In this document: piece by piece, positions 22,455-32,110 of the stretch
Numbering within the stretch: position 1 is the stretch's first letter
How the letters are laid out: every line of letters starts with the position of its first letter
From: a bacterium
Lineage (GTDB): Bacteria > Patescibacteriota > Minisyncoccia > UBA6257 > HR35
Assembly (NCBI GenBank): GCA_041640295.1
Contig: JBEQAR010000004.1
Coordinates: 3,128-67,127 of the forward strand
DNA: 64,000 nucleotides
Direction: 5' to 3'
Notes under the pieces: model-generated
What the model was told of the DNA's origin: nothing
Seen by the model: the letters and a program-made list of their open reading frames with translations, nothing else
Databases searched by the model: none
Made by a program: the position numbers and the translations under genes

Positions 22455-23143
22455 TTTTGAATTAAGTTCATTAATTGCGAAATAATAAAATTAATACTTC
22501 TTGGTGCTTTATCATTTGCAGGAATAAAAGCTAATACCTTGGAAATATCGTTATCTGAACCTGAAAGAGAAATGACTGGAATATTTTTTTTAAGACATTC
22601 TTTATAAGCTGTTCTGTGGTTTTTAAAATTTAAGTCAACAATAAAAACATAATCCGGCAATTGATTTAGAGTAATTAAACCACTATAAATTTTTTTCATC
22701 TTTTCTAATTCTTTTTTCATTTTTTCTCGTTCGTAGGGAGGTAGTTCATTAATTTCTCCCCGCTCTTCTTTTTCTAATAAACTTTTAAAATAAACAATTC
22801 TTTTTTGAATAGTATCAAAATTAGTTAATAAGCCACCTATCCATTTATAAACTACATAGGGCATATTTAAATTTTGAGCAATTGTTTTAATTGGTTGTTC
22901 AGAAGCTGGTTTAGCGCCGACAAATAGAATTGTTTTATTTTCTGATAATATTTTCTTTATTAAATTAGCAACTTCATTTAGATGTTCTGAGGTTTTTTTT
23001 ATATTAAAAAATTCTATATTTGAATTTTTTGATTTCAATAAATAAGGCCTTATTGATGGATGGGTAAATCTTTTAGCCCGACCATAATGACAACCATTTT
23101 CAAAAAAAATTTTATAAATTTCTCTGTCTTGATTATTAATCAT
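22451..23143 (-). CDS. rpsB: 30S ribosomal protein S2
   Basis: GCHYGR (HFGH-equivalent) motif. 230 aa. Upstream of tsf. Confidence 0.85.
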   Translation of the reverse strand: MINNQDREIYKIFFENGCHYGRAKRFTHPSIRPYLLKSKNSNIEFFNIKKTSEHLNEVANLIKKILSENKTILFVGAKPASEQPIKTIAQNLNMPYVVYKWIGGLLTNFDTIQKRIVYFKSLLEKEERGEINELPPYEREKMKKELEKMKKIYSGLITLNQLPDYVFIVDLNFKNHRTAYKECLKKNIPVISLSGSDNDISKVLAFIPANDKAPRSINFIISQLMNLIQK

Positions 23144-23219
23144 TTTTAATTTATAATTTTAATTCATTAATATTTAATTTGGTAAATAAAATTAAAAGAT
23201 ATTTTAACATATTGTAAAA

Positions 23220-23429
23220 ATGAAAAGCAAGATTCATCCTAATTATTTTAAAACAACAGTTAAATGTGCTTGTGGTCAAACTTATGAAGTATTTTCAACT
23301 GAAAAAGAAATAAATGTTGAAATTTGTAAAAATTGCTCGCCAATTTTTATTGGAACGGAAGAAAAAAAGGTAATTACAGGCCAAATCGAAAAATTTAATA
23401 GAAAATATAAAAATAAAAAATCTTCCTAA
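23220..23429 (+). CDS. rpmE: 50S ribosomal protein L31
   Basis: MKSKIHPNY start and CxxC...CxxC zinc motif. Confidence 0.9.
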   Translation: MKSKIHPNYFKTTVKCACGQTYEVFSTEKEINVEICKNCSPIFIGTEEKKVITGQIEKFNRKYKNKKSS

Positions 23430-23457
23430 ATAAAATTTTACTTTACTTATCTCTAAA

Positions 23458-24198
23458 ATGCAAACCGAAGATTTAAATAATATTAATAATATTTTAATTG
23501 AAATTCGAGCGGGTGTAGGAGGTGAAGAAGCTGCTCTTTTTGCTCGTGATTTATGGCGAATGTATCTTAAGTTTTTTGAAAAAAATAACTTTAAGGTTAT
23601 TATTTATGATGAGGAGAAAACAAGCTTAGGGGGTATCAAGAATTTAATTGCTGAAGTAAGAGGAAGTGGTATTTATAATTTAATGAAAAACGAAGCAGGA
23701 GTTCATCGAGTACAAAGAATACCAGTGACTGAAAAGGGTGGTAGAATTCATACTTCGACAGCTTCAGTAGCTATTTTGCCTAAATTAGAAATCAAACCAG
23801 GAGAAATTAAAGAAAGTGATTTAGAGATAGAATTTTATCGTGCTTCTGGTCCTGGTGGTCAAAATGTTAATAAGGTTGAAACCGCTGTCAGAATTTTACA
23901 TAAACCAACAGGTATTATTGTCAATTGTCAATCAGAACGTACCCAACAAAGAAATAAAGAAATTGCTCTTCAAATATTAAAATCTAAACTTTGGCAAAAA
24001 GAACAAGAAGAATTATTAGGTAAAATAACAGAAGAAAGGAGAAAGCAAATTGGCAGTCAAGAACGATCAGAAAAAATAAGAACTTATAATTTTGTTCAAA
24101 ATAGAGTTACTGATCATCGTTTAGGAAAAAGTTGGTATAATTTAGATAATATTTTAGATGGTAATATCGAAGTAATTTTAAGAAGTTTTAATAAATAA
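23458..24198 (+). CDS. prfA: Peptide chain release factor 1-like, lacking N-terminal domain 1
   Basis: PVT codon-recognition tripeptide (RF1-type) and GGQ motif ([19 protein letters not shown]). Only 246 aa. Begins at the equivalent of E. coli RF1 residue ~105. Confidence 0.75.
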   Translation: MQTEDLNNINNILIEIRAGVGGEEAALFARDLWRMYLKFFEKNNFKVIIYDEEKTSLGGIKNLIAEVRGSGIYNLMKNEAGVHRVQRIPVTEKGGRIHTSTASVAILPKLEIKPGEIKESDLEIEFYRASGPGGQNVNKVETAVRILHKPTGIIVNCQSERTQQRNKEIALQILKSKLWQKEQEELLGKITEERRKQIGSQERSEKIRTYNFVQNRVTDHRLGKSWYNLDNILDGNIEVILRSFNK

Positions 24199-24214
24199 AA
24201 TTTTATTATTTTTA

Positions 24215-24340
24215 ATGGGAGAAAAAGAAAAATTTTTATTAATAATCTATTATATTATCGCTATAATTTTTATTTGGTTGTTTACTGATCCAGAAATTTG
24301 GCGAACAATAATTAATTCAATTTCTAAACCTATAAAATGA
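24215..24340 (+). CDS. Possible small membrane peptide (41 aa) overlapping trxB start
   Basis: ATG..TGA ORF MGEKEKFLLIIYYIIAIIFIWLFTDPEIWRTIINSISKPIK with one TM. Not in the ORF track and no homology. Confidence 0.2.
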   Translation: MGEKEKFLLIIYYIIAIIFIWLFTDPEIWRTIINSISKPIK

Positions 24341-25254
24341 TTTATGAAAGTATTATTATAGGCTTATCAGCGGCAGGTATTAGTTCAGCTATTTATCTTA
24401 AGCGTCGAGGTATAAATTTTATTATTATTGGTAAAGATATCGGAGGCGAATTAGCTCTTTCTGGTATAGTTGAAAATTACCCGGGTTTTTTAAGAATAAC
24501 TGGTTTGGAATTAGCTAAAAAATTTAAAGAACATCTTAATTATTATGAAATTAATTTTTTATTAGAGGAAGCTAAATCATTAACAAAAGAGGATAATTTA
24601 TTTAATGTTATCACTAATAAAAATCAATATAAAACAAAATCAGTGATTATTGCTACCGGTGCTAAACCTAAAAAACTTAATATCCCTGGCGAGAACGAAT
24701 TTTATCATCGTGGGGTGAGTTATTGTAGTGTATGTGATTTACCTTTATTTAAAAATAAAACCGTAGCCTTAATTGGGGGAGGAAATTCTGTTTTAGAAGC
24801 TGGAATTATGGCTAGTAATATTTGTTCTAAAGCTTATGTAATTAATAAAAATCCAAAATTTAAAGGAGATCAAATTTTGGTTCAAGAATTATCAAAAAAA
24901 AATAATATTGAAATAATTTATAATGCTTTAACACAAGAAATTTATGGGGATAATTTTGTTAGAGGGATTAAATACTTAAATCAATTAACGCAGGAAATTG
25001 TCACCTTAGAAGTTGAGGGAGTTTTTATTCATATTGGTTTAAGGCCCAATAGCGAATTTGTTCCTGATAATTGGAATATTAAAAATGAATTGGGTGAAAT
25101 TATTGTGAATGAATTAGCTCAGACATCAATCGATGGTTTATTTGCTGCCGGTGATGTGACGAATATTCCTTATAAACAAATTGGGATTGCGGTAGGACAA
25201 GGAATTACCGCTGCTCTTTCTAATATTTCTTATTTAAATAAACTAAACACTTAA
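24337..25254 (+). CDS. trxB: Thioredoxin reductase-like FAD/NAD(P) disulfide oxidoreductase
   Basis: FAD-binding N-terminus, redox CSVCD (CxxC) and NAD(P)-binding GGGNSVLEAG. 305 aa. Confidence 0.75.
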   Translation: MIYESIIIGLSAAGISSAIYLKRRGINFIIIGKDIGGELALSGIVENYPGFLRITGLELAKKFKEHLNYYEINFLLEEAKSLTKEDNLFNVITNKNQYKTKSVIIATGAKPKKLNIPGENEFYHRGVSYCSVCDLPLFKNKTVALIGGGNSVLEAGIMASNICSKAYVINKNPKFKGDQILVQELSKKNNIEIIYNALTQEIYGDNFVRGIKYLNQLTQEIVTLEVEGVFIHIGLRPNSEFVPDNWNIKNELGEIIVNELAQTSIDGLFAAGDVTNIPYKQIGIAVGQGITAALSNISYLNKLNT

Positions 25255-26805
25255 TTTTTTTAATAAACTTTCTCCCTCCATTTCCGAAGGAATAGGTAAG
25301 TTTAATATTTCTAAAATAGTTGGAGCGATATCTATTAAACTGCCGATTATTTCTCTTTCTTTAAGGGTTAGATAATCTGGTTTAAGCTCAAAATAAAGCT
25401 TAGGATGAATAAGAAAACAAGGAACAGGACTAAAATCATGAGAAGTTTCAGGTTCTCCAGTTTGAATATCAATCATTTTTTCCAAATTTCCATGATCACT
25501 GGTAATAATTAAAAAGTAATCTTCATCTTTTATTACTTCATAAATTTGTTTTAAATAATCATTAATACCCTCAACGACCTTGATACCTAAATTAATATTT
25601 CCTGTATGAGCAATAATATCAGGAGCAGCATAATTGACAGCAATAAAATGATAAATTTTTTCCTGAATTGAATTAATTAAAATACTTGTAATTTCTTCTG
25701 ATTTTAATAAAGGATTTTCAGAAAAAGACAATTCAGAACTTGGTAAAATTTTCCAAAATTCGTTAGGATGTGGTTCGCGATATAAACCATTAAAATAATA
25801 AGTTAAATGATAAGCCTTTACTTTTTCTGCAATTTTTAATTGGGTAAGATTATTTTCAGAAATAATTCTTGATAAAGAAGTATTAATTTTACTTTTTTCA
25901 AATGCTACTGGGTAATCGATATCTTCAAAATATTTAACCATCGAAGCAATAAATAAATTCTTTTTTAATGGTCGAGGAAAATAATTGAATTCCGGATCAA
26001 GGAAAGCTTTAGCTAATTGATACATTCCATCCTCTCTAAAATTAAAAAAGAAAACAGCATCATTATCTTTAATAATTCCACCTTCATTGACAACCAATGG
26101 TTCTAAATTTTCATCTATGAAATCTTTGTTTTCGTTATAGATATCAGATAAAAATTTTTTATAGTCTTCTACTTTCCTTCCTCGCCCTTCAACAATAAGA
26201 TAAAAAGCCATTTCTGTTTTTACTTTCCAATATTCATTTTTGTCCATTCCATACGATCTACCAATAAGCGTGGCAATGTTTCCTACGCCGAGATTATTTA
26301 TTTCATTTTCTAAGTTTTTTAATAATGACAATCCTGATTGAGGTGGGCTATCTCTACCATCTAAAAATAGATGAAGGAATACTCTATTAAAATTATTTTT
26401 TTGGAAAAAATTTAGTAGAGCAATTAAATGTTCAAAAGAACTATGAACAATACCCTCAGTTAATAAACCAATTAAATGAACATTACTTGAATATTTTTCA
26501 CAATGCTCAATAAGTTTTTTGAGAATTGAATTGTCAAAAAAACTGCCGTTTCTAATTGCTAAAGTTATTTTAGGATAATTTTGATAATAAACCTTTCCGG
26601 TACCTAATGTTAAATGACCAACTTCACTATTGCCTTCTTCGCGCCAAGGAAGACCTACTGCAATTCCCGAAGCCTGTAGTTGGCAAAAAGGATAATGATG
26701 TTTTAAAAAATCGATAAAATCCTTTTTAGCTAAATGAATAGGATTTGAAAAATTTTCTTTGCCAATACCCCAACCATCTAAAATAATTAGAATCACTTTA
26801 GTCAT
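25243..26805 (-). CDS. gpmI: 2,3-bisphosphoglycerate-independent phosphoglycerate mutase
   Basis: 520 aa. N-terminal ILDGWGIG motif characteristic of iPGM. Confidence 0.9.
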   Translation of the reverse strand: MTKVILIILDGWGIGKENFSNPIHLAKKDFIDFLKHHYPFCQLQASGIAVGLPWREEGNSEVGHLTLGTGKVYYQNYPKITLAIRNGSFFDNSILKKLIEHCEKYSSNVHLIGLLTEGIVHSSFEHLIALLNFFQKNNFNRVFLHLFLDGRDSPPQSGLSLLKNLENEINNLGVGNIATLIGRSYGMDKNEYWKVKTEMAFYLIVEGRGRKVEDYKKFLSDIYNENKDFIDENLEPLVVNEGGIIKDNDAVFFFNFREDGMYQLAKAFLDPEFNYFPRPLKKNLFIASMVKYFEDIDYPVAFEKSKINTSLSRIISENNLTQLKIAEKVKAYHLTYYFNGLYREPHPNEFWKILPSSELSFSENPLLKSEEITSILINSIQEKIYHFIAVNYAAPDIIAHTGNINLGIKVVEGINDYLKQIYEVIKDEDYFLIITSDHGNLEKMIDIQTGEPETSHDFSPVPCFLIHPKLYFELKPDYLTLKEREIIGSLIDIAPTILEILNLPIPSEMEGESLLKKLSV

Positions 26806-26953
26806 AATTTTTAAATTAATATATAAAAATATTATTTTTAAATTATTTTTTTAAATCTCCTTATTAATCTCTATGTTATGTTATAATTTTAATATTAAAT
26901 TTAATTATAAGCACTAAAAATGAAGGCCGCAATTTTCTTCCCTAAACTAACAA

Positions 26954-28480
26954 ATGAATATTTATATTACTTTAGAAAAGATTATTATTTTTATCATTGG
27001 AATCCTTTTGGGGTTTTTAATCAGATATCTTTTAGCTTACTTCCAAGCTTCTTCTTTAGAATATAAATTAAAGCAGAAACTTGATGATCTTAAAAAGAAA
27101 GAGAAGGAAATAATTTTAAATGCCGAAAAGCAAGCTTTAGAAATATTAGAAAATTCTCGAAAAGAAAGAGAAAGTTTGATTAATGATTTAAGAAAAAGAG
27201 AAGAAAGATTAATTAATAAAGAAGTTATTTTAGAAAATAGAGAAAAAGAATTAGAATCAGAGAAAGAAAGAATTAAACTTAAACTACAAGAGTTAGAAAA
27301 CAAAGAGCAAGAAGTGACAAAACTAAAATTAGACTACGAGAGTCATTTAGAAAAAATTTCCGGTATTACTAAAGAAGAAGCTTTAGATTTACTTTTTCAG
27401 AAAATAGAAAAAGAAAATGAGCAATTGCTATTACAAAAAATTTCTAAGCTAATTAATAATCAAAAAGAAGAAATAGAGAAAAAAGCTAATGAAATTATTG
27501 TTCAAGCTTTACCTCGTTATAGTCGATCGGTAGCTAATGAAATTAATTTAAGTGTTGTTTCCTTACCAAGTGAAGAAATGAAGGGTAGAATTATTGGTAA
27601 GGAAGGTAGAAATATTAGATATTTTGAAAAATTAAGTGGAGTGCAAATAATCATTGATGAAACACCAGAGATTGTTACTTTGTCTTCTTTCGATCCGATT
27701 AGACGAGAAATAGCTAAAATTGCTTTAGAAAAGTTAGTACAAGATGGAAGAATACACCCCTCATCTATTGAAGAAGCTCTCCTGTGGGCAAAAGATAAAA
27801 TTGAAGAAGAAATAAAAAACGCTGGTAAAGATTCAGCCTTCGAGCTTGGTATTTTAGATTTACCCGAAGAAATTTTGCATTTAATGGGGCGGTTGAAATT
27901 TAGATATAGTTATGGTCAAAATGTTTTACAACACTCAATTGAAGTTGCAATCTTTTCCAGAATGATTGCTGAAGAATTGAAATTAGATGCCGAAACTGCA
28001 AAAAGAGCAGGATTTTTGCACGATATAGGTAAATCAGTCAGTCATGAAATAGAAGGTTCACATCTAGAAATTGGAATTAAAATTTTAGAAAAATATAATA
28101 TTGATGAAAAAATTATTTTAGCTATGAGATCTCACCATGAAACATACCCATTTGCTATTCCTGAAGCTTATATTGTTTTAGCTGCTGATGTAATTTCCTC
28201 TAAAAGATTAGGTGCTCGTTCTGAAACTTTGGAAGCTTATCTCCAGAGATTAGAAAACCTTGAAAAAATAGCTTTAAGCTTTAAAGGTGTGGATAAAGCC
28301 TATTCAATAAGTGGAGGAAGAGAAGTTTGGGTTTTTGCTAGATCTGATGAGGTAAGTGATTTAGAAATGGTAAAATTAGCCCAAAATATAGCAAAAAAAA
28401 TAGAGGAAAATCTTAAATATCCAGGAGAAATTAAAGTAGTAGTTATTCGAGAAAGTAGGGCAATAGAATATGCTAAGTAA
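26954..28480 (+). CDS. rny: Ribonuclease Y
   Basis: N-terminal TM, coiled coil, KH domain (GRIIGKEGRNIRYFE), HD domain (LHDIGK). 508 aa. Confidence 0.9.
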   Translation: MNIYITLEKIIIFIIGILLGFLIRYLLAYFQASSLEYKLKQKLDDLKKKEKEIILNAEKQALEILENSRKERESLINDLRKREERLINKEVILENREKELESEKERIKLKLQELENKEQEVTKLKLDYESHLEKISGITKEEALDLLFQKIEKENEQLLLQKISKLINNQKEEIEKKANEIIVQALPRYSRSVANEINLSVVSLPSEEMKGRIIGKEGRNIRYFEKLSGVQIIIDETPEIVTLSSFDPIRREIAKIALEKLVQDGRIHPSSIEEALLWAKDKIEEEIKNAGKDSAFELGILDLPEEILHLMGRLKFRYSYGQNVLQHSIEVAIFSRMIAEELKLDAETAKRAGFLHDIGKSVSHEIEGSHLEIGIKILEKYNIDEKIILAMRSHHETYPFAIPEAYIVLAADVISSKRLGARSETLEAYLQRLENLEKIALSFKGVDKAYSISGGREVWVFARSDEVSDLEMVKLAQNIAKKIEENLKYPGEIKVVVIRESRAIEYAK

Positions 28481-28548
28481 TCTTTTAAATTTAAATATTT
28501 TGCTTTATAATCTTTATTGAGGTCGAATTAATATTAAATAAACAAAAA

Positions 28549-28839
28549 ATGGCAAGTCAAAACACAGTAAAAAGAGAAGCTTTGGCTCAAAAAATCGCCG
28601 AAAAATTTGATTTACCCAAAAAAACAGCGGTCGAAATATTAAATTATTTTGTTGAATTGGTTTCTTCCAATCTTAAATCAGGTAACAAAGTTAAATTGCC
28701 AGGTTTAGGAACTTTTAAGGTTAGAGAAAGAAAGGCAAGAACCGCTATTAATCCAAAAACAGGCGAAAAAATTACTGTTCCTGCTACACGCGTTCCTAAA
28801 TTTACTCCAGCAAAAGAATTAAAAGCATTATTTAAATAA
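28549..28839 (+). CDS. hup: DNA-binding protein HU
   Basis: 96 aa. GLGTFKVRERKARTAINPKTGEKI arm motif. Confidence 0.9.
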   Translation: MASQNTVKREALAQKIAEKFDLPKKTAVEILNYFVELVSSNLKSGNKVKLPGLGTFKVRERKARTAINPKTGEKITVPATRVPKFTPAKELKALFK

Positions 28840-28924
28840 ACAATTAAAATTAAACCTCTTATTAGTGGAAAATATAATTCTATATCAAGATTTTTTAATG
28901 TTGTTAAAATTATTTTGAGATAAA

Positions 28925-29023
28925 ATGGTTAAAAAGGAAAGTAAATCTAATATTTTTTTGATAATACTTATCGTTGTGATTATTTTAGGAATGATTTTAA
29001 GTTCATTAGCTTTTATTTTTTAA
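28925..29023 (+). CDS. Possible small hydrophobic peptide (32 aa), not in the ORF track
   Basis: ATG...TAA ORF encoding MVKKESKSNIFLIILIVVIILGMILSSLAFIF with a single TM-like helix. No homology support. Confidence 0.2.
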   Translation: MVKKESKSNIFLIILIVVIILGMILSSLAFIF

Positions 29024-29070
29024 TTATATTAATAAAAAATTATATTAATGTGTGAGAATTATTAAATAAA

Positions 29071-29637
29071 ATGGCAGGAATAAAAAATGACGAATGGATA
29101 AAACATATGGCTAAAAAGCATAAAATGATTGAACCTTTTGTTGAAAAGCTTGTTTCCAAAGGCAAAGTTTCTTATGGTCTTTCAAGTTATGGTTATGATA
29201 TGAGAGTTGCTGATGAGTTTTATATTTTTCATAACGCTTATCCAACTGAAGTTATTGATCCTAAAAATGCTAAAGAAAGTTACTTTATTAGACATAAAGG
29301 TAAGGTTTGTATTATCCCTCCCAATTCTTTTGTTTTAGCTAGATCAGTTGAATATTTTCGAATTCCAAGAAATGTTTTGGGTATTGTTTTTGGAAAATCA
29401 ACTTATGCCCGCTGTGGGATTATTGTTAATGTGACCCCATTAGAGCCAGAATGGACTGGAACGCTGGTTATAGAAATCTCTAACACAACACCTCTGCCAG
29501 CTAAAATTTATGCTAATGAGGGAATCGCTCAAGTGATATTTTTAGAAGCTGATGAACCCTGCAAGGTTTCTTATGCTGATCGCAAAGGAAAATATCAAAA
29601 ACAAAAAGGCATAGTTTTACCAAAAGTAATTAAATAA
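29071..29637 (+). CDS. dcd: dCTP deaminase
   Basis: 188 aa, length and overall pattern consistent with dCTP deaminase. Confidence 0.85.
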   Translation: MAGIKNDEWIKHMAKKHKMIEPFVEKLVSKGKVSYGLSSYGYDMRVADEFYIFHNAYPTEVIDPKNAKESYFIRHKGKVCIIPPNSFVLARSVEYFRIPRNVLGIVFGKSTYARCGIIVNVTPLEPEWTGTLVIEISNTTPLPAKIYANEGIAQVIFLEADEPCKVSYADRKGKYQKQKGIVLPKVIK

Positions 29638-29649
29638 AAGTCGGCCATT

Positions 29650-29825
29650 AAATCAACCGCGAACTAGTGCAAACGGCGATAATAAACGCGAACCAATGCG
29701 AACAAGTGAGTATAATCACTACCCATGCAAACAAACAAAAGTTCGCAGGAGTTCGCGTGAAACCTTACCTGACGCCCGCCTATCTGGCGGACAGGGCAGG
29801 CAGAGTTTGCAGTAGTTCGCATTAT
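29650..29825. repeat. GC-rich palindromic repeat element: left arm RCGAAC units, right arm GTTCGCR units (intergenic copy)
   Basis: Left arm has ccgcgaac, gcaaac, acgcgaac, gcgaac, gcaaac. Right arm has gttcgca, gttcgcg, gtttgca, gttcgca. Central GC palindrome gcccgcc...ggcggac. GC far above the flanking ~28%. Confidence 0.7.
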
Positions 29826-29835
29826 ATTATCAAAA

Positions 29836-30225
29836 ATGGAATTTATCTTCCTTCTTTCAAGACTTATTCTTGGTCTTTATTTTTTATTTAATGCTTTTAA
29901 TCATTTTACAAAATTAGCTATGCTTGCTGAATATGCTAAAAGTAAAAATGTTCCAATGCCAAAATTGGCTGTTATATTTACGGGTTTTCTTTTATTAATT
30001 GGAGGCATTTCAATTTTGTTAGGAATTTATATAGAAATAGGAGTTTTAGCTTTAACTATATTCTTTTTACCAGTAACTTTTATAATGCATAATTTCTGGC
30101 AAATTCAAGATCCGCAAATGAAAATGATGGAAATGATAAATTTTTCAAAAAATATAGCAATTTGGGCAGGAGTTTTACTTTTACTTTTTGTTCCTCAACC
30201 TTGGATTTATTCGTTGGGCTGGTAA
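29836..30225 (+). CDS. DoxX family membrane protein
   Basis: 129 aa. Four TM helices, DoxX-like LILGLYFLFNAFNHF. Confidence 0.65.
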   Translation: MEFIFLLSRLILGLYFLFNAFNHFTKLAMLAEYAKSKNVPMPKLAVIFTGFLLLIGGISILLGIYIEIGVLALTIFFLPVTFIMHNFWQIQDPQMKMMEMINFSKNIAIWAGVLLLLFVPQPWIYSLGW

Positions 30226-30264
30226 ATTTAATTCGGAATTAGTTCTCAATATTATCAAGAAAAA

Positions 30265-30684
30265 ATGATAATCAAAAAATTAAATAACAACAATTATCTT
30301 TTACGGATTGAACCCAACGAAGAATTATTCGGTTCGCTTTTAAATTTTGCCCAAAAACACAAAATTAAGTCAGGATTTTTCTATGGTATTGGTGCTTGTA
30401 AAACTTGTATAATTGGAAGATATAATGAGAAGAAAAAAGATTATGATTGGAAAAAAATTAAACAGCAAATGGAGATCGGTAGTTTAATTGGTAATTTAAC
30501 TTATAAAGAAGGGCATTACTATTTACATATTCACACTGTTTTTGGAGATAAAAATTTAAAAACTTTGTCAGGACATTTAAAAGAACTTATAGTTTTTCCA
30601 ACTTGTGAGATAATGTTTTTTGCTTTTGATAAGAAAATTGAAAGAAAATATGACAAATTAACAAATCTGTTTTTGATTGGGTAA
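30265..30684 (+). CDS. PPC (DUF296) domain protein
   Basis: LRIEPNEEL...GIGA...YLHIHTVFGD...SGHLKELIVFPTCEI pattern typical of PPC/DUF296. Confidence 0.55.
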   Translation: MIIKKLNNNNYLLRIEPNEELFGSLLNFAQKHKIKSGFFYGIGACKTCIIGRYNEKKKDYDWKKIKQQMEIGSLIGNLTYKEGHYYLHIHTVFGDKNLKTLSGHLKELIVFPTCEIMFFAFDKKIERKYDKLTNLFLIG

Positions 30685-31133
30685 TGTTATCAAAAATAGA
30701 TCAATTTATAATCAGAACCCTACAAAAAATCTGGAGACCATTAGCAAAAATTTCTATCTTTATTATTTTCTTTTATTTTGGGTTTTTGAAAGTTCTGGGC
30801 TTAAGTCCAGCTAATCCTTTAGTCTCAGCCCTACTTCAGCAAACTATTGATTTTGTTCCTTTTGAAAAATTTGTTATTCTTTGGGGATTTTTTGAAATGC
30901 TTATTGGTTTAACATTTATTACTCCCAGATTAGAAAGAATAGCAATTTTTCTTTTATTACTTCATATGATTATAGTTGCTTTACCATTAATATTACTTCC
31001 TCAAATTACTTGGCAGAAATTCTTAGTTCCAACATTAGAAGGTCAATATATAATTAAAAATTTAGCTATAATTTCTTTAGCTTTAGTTATTGGCGCTCAT
31101 TTAAAAAATAACCAAGATAAAATTTTTAAATAA
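30684..31133 (+). CDS. Hypothetical integral membrane protein
   Basis: 149 aa. Four predicted TM helices. Translationally coupled to the upstream ORF. Confidence 0.4.
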   Translation: MLSKIDQFIIRTLQKIWRPLAKISIFIIFFYFGFLKVLGLSPANPLVSALLQQTIDFVPFEKFVILWGFFEMLIGLTFITPRLERIAIFLLLLHMIIVALPLILLPQITWQKFLVPTLEGQYIIKNLAIISLALVIGAHLKNNQDKIFK

Positions 31134-31165
31134 AAATTTATTAAATTTATTAAATTGAAAATTAT

Positions 31166-32110
31166 ATGGAAAAATTTTTACAAGAATTCAAATTACAATT
31201 TCAATTCAAACCAGTAATAGAAAATTTAAATAACTTTAAAGGTAAAAACAAATTCTTAATCGTTGGGATGGGTGGTTCTCATTTAGCAGCTGATTTATTA
31301 AAAATAACCCATCCCTTTTTAGATTTAACTATCATTAGTGATTTTAATTTACCTCAATTGTCAGATTTATTAGAAAGGAAAATTATTTTAATTTCTTATT
31401 CTGGAAATACTTTAGAAACTATTAATGCTTTGCAAAAATTAGAACGAACCAAAATTAAACCTTTGATGATTTCAGCTAATGGCTTACTCTTAGCTCGAGC
31501 GAAAATTAATAAATATCCTTATATTGAATTACCAGAGAAAAATTTACCACCTAGATTAGCGATTGGTTATCTTTACTTAAGTCTATTAAAAGCTATTAAT
31601 GATGAGAATTCTTTAAAAAAGATTAGTGGAGACTTAATAAAATTTAATTTTTCAAAAATTCAAAAAAGAGCTTTAACCTTGTCATTGAAATTGAAAGGAA
31701 AAATTCCTATTATTTATTCATCTTTTATTAATTATCCGTTGGCTTATAATTTTAAAATAAGATTTAACGAAACAGCGAAAATTCCAGCTTTTTGCCATTA
31801 TTTACCCGAAGCGAATCACAATGAAATTCAGGGTTTTTATAGGTTGAAAAAAATTTTTTATTTTTTGCTATTAGAAGATAAAACAGACTCTAAAGAATTA
31901 ATAGCAACATTCAAAACAATTAAGAAATTTTTAAAAGATAAAAAATTTTTTGTTGAAAGTTTAACTCTTGATGAAAAAGATGTATTTAAAAAAATTTTTT
32001 CAGCAATTCATTTAGCGGATTTGTTAAGTTTTTATCTAGCGAAAATTTATAAGTTAGATCCATTATCTACACCATTTATTGATGAAATTAAAAAAAGATT
32101 AAAAATTTAA
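31166..32110 (+). CDS. SIS-domain bifunctional phosphoglucose/phosphomannose isomerase-like protein
   Basis: IVGMGGSHLAADLLK SIS motif. 314 aa. Directly upstream of the glucokinase. Confidence 0.55.
   Translation: MEKFLQEFKLQFQFKPVIENLNNFKGKNKFLIVGMGGSHLAADLLKITHPFLDLTIISDFNLPQLSDLLERKIILISYSGNTLETINALQKLERTKIKPLMISANGLLLARAKINKYPYIELPEKNLPPRLAIGYLYLSLLKAINDENSLKKISGDLIKFNFSKIQKRALTLSLKLKGKIPIIYSSFINYPLAYNFKIRFNETAKIPAFCHYLPEANHNEIQGFYRLKKIFYFLLLEDKTDSKELIATFKTIKKFLKDKKFFVESLTLDEKDVFKKIFSAIHLADLLSFYLAKIYKLDPLSTPFIDEIKKRLKI

Noticed and set aside
27037-27303. Minus-strand Ser/Phe-rich ORF inside rny
   Set aside because: Antisense low-complexity translation of the Lys/Glu-rich coiled-coil coding region.
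29667-29891. 74-aa ORF across the intergenic GC-rich repeat
   Set aside because: It is open only because the GC-rich repeat lacks stop codons. It overlaps the doxX start and has no protein-like features.
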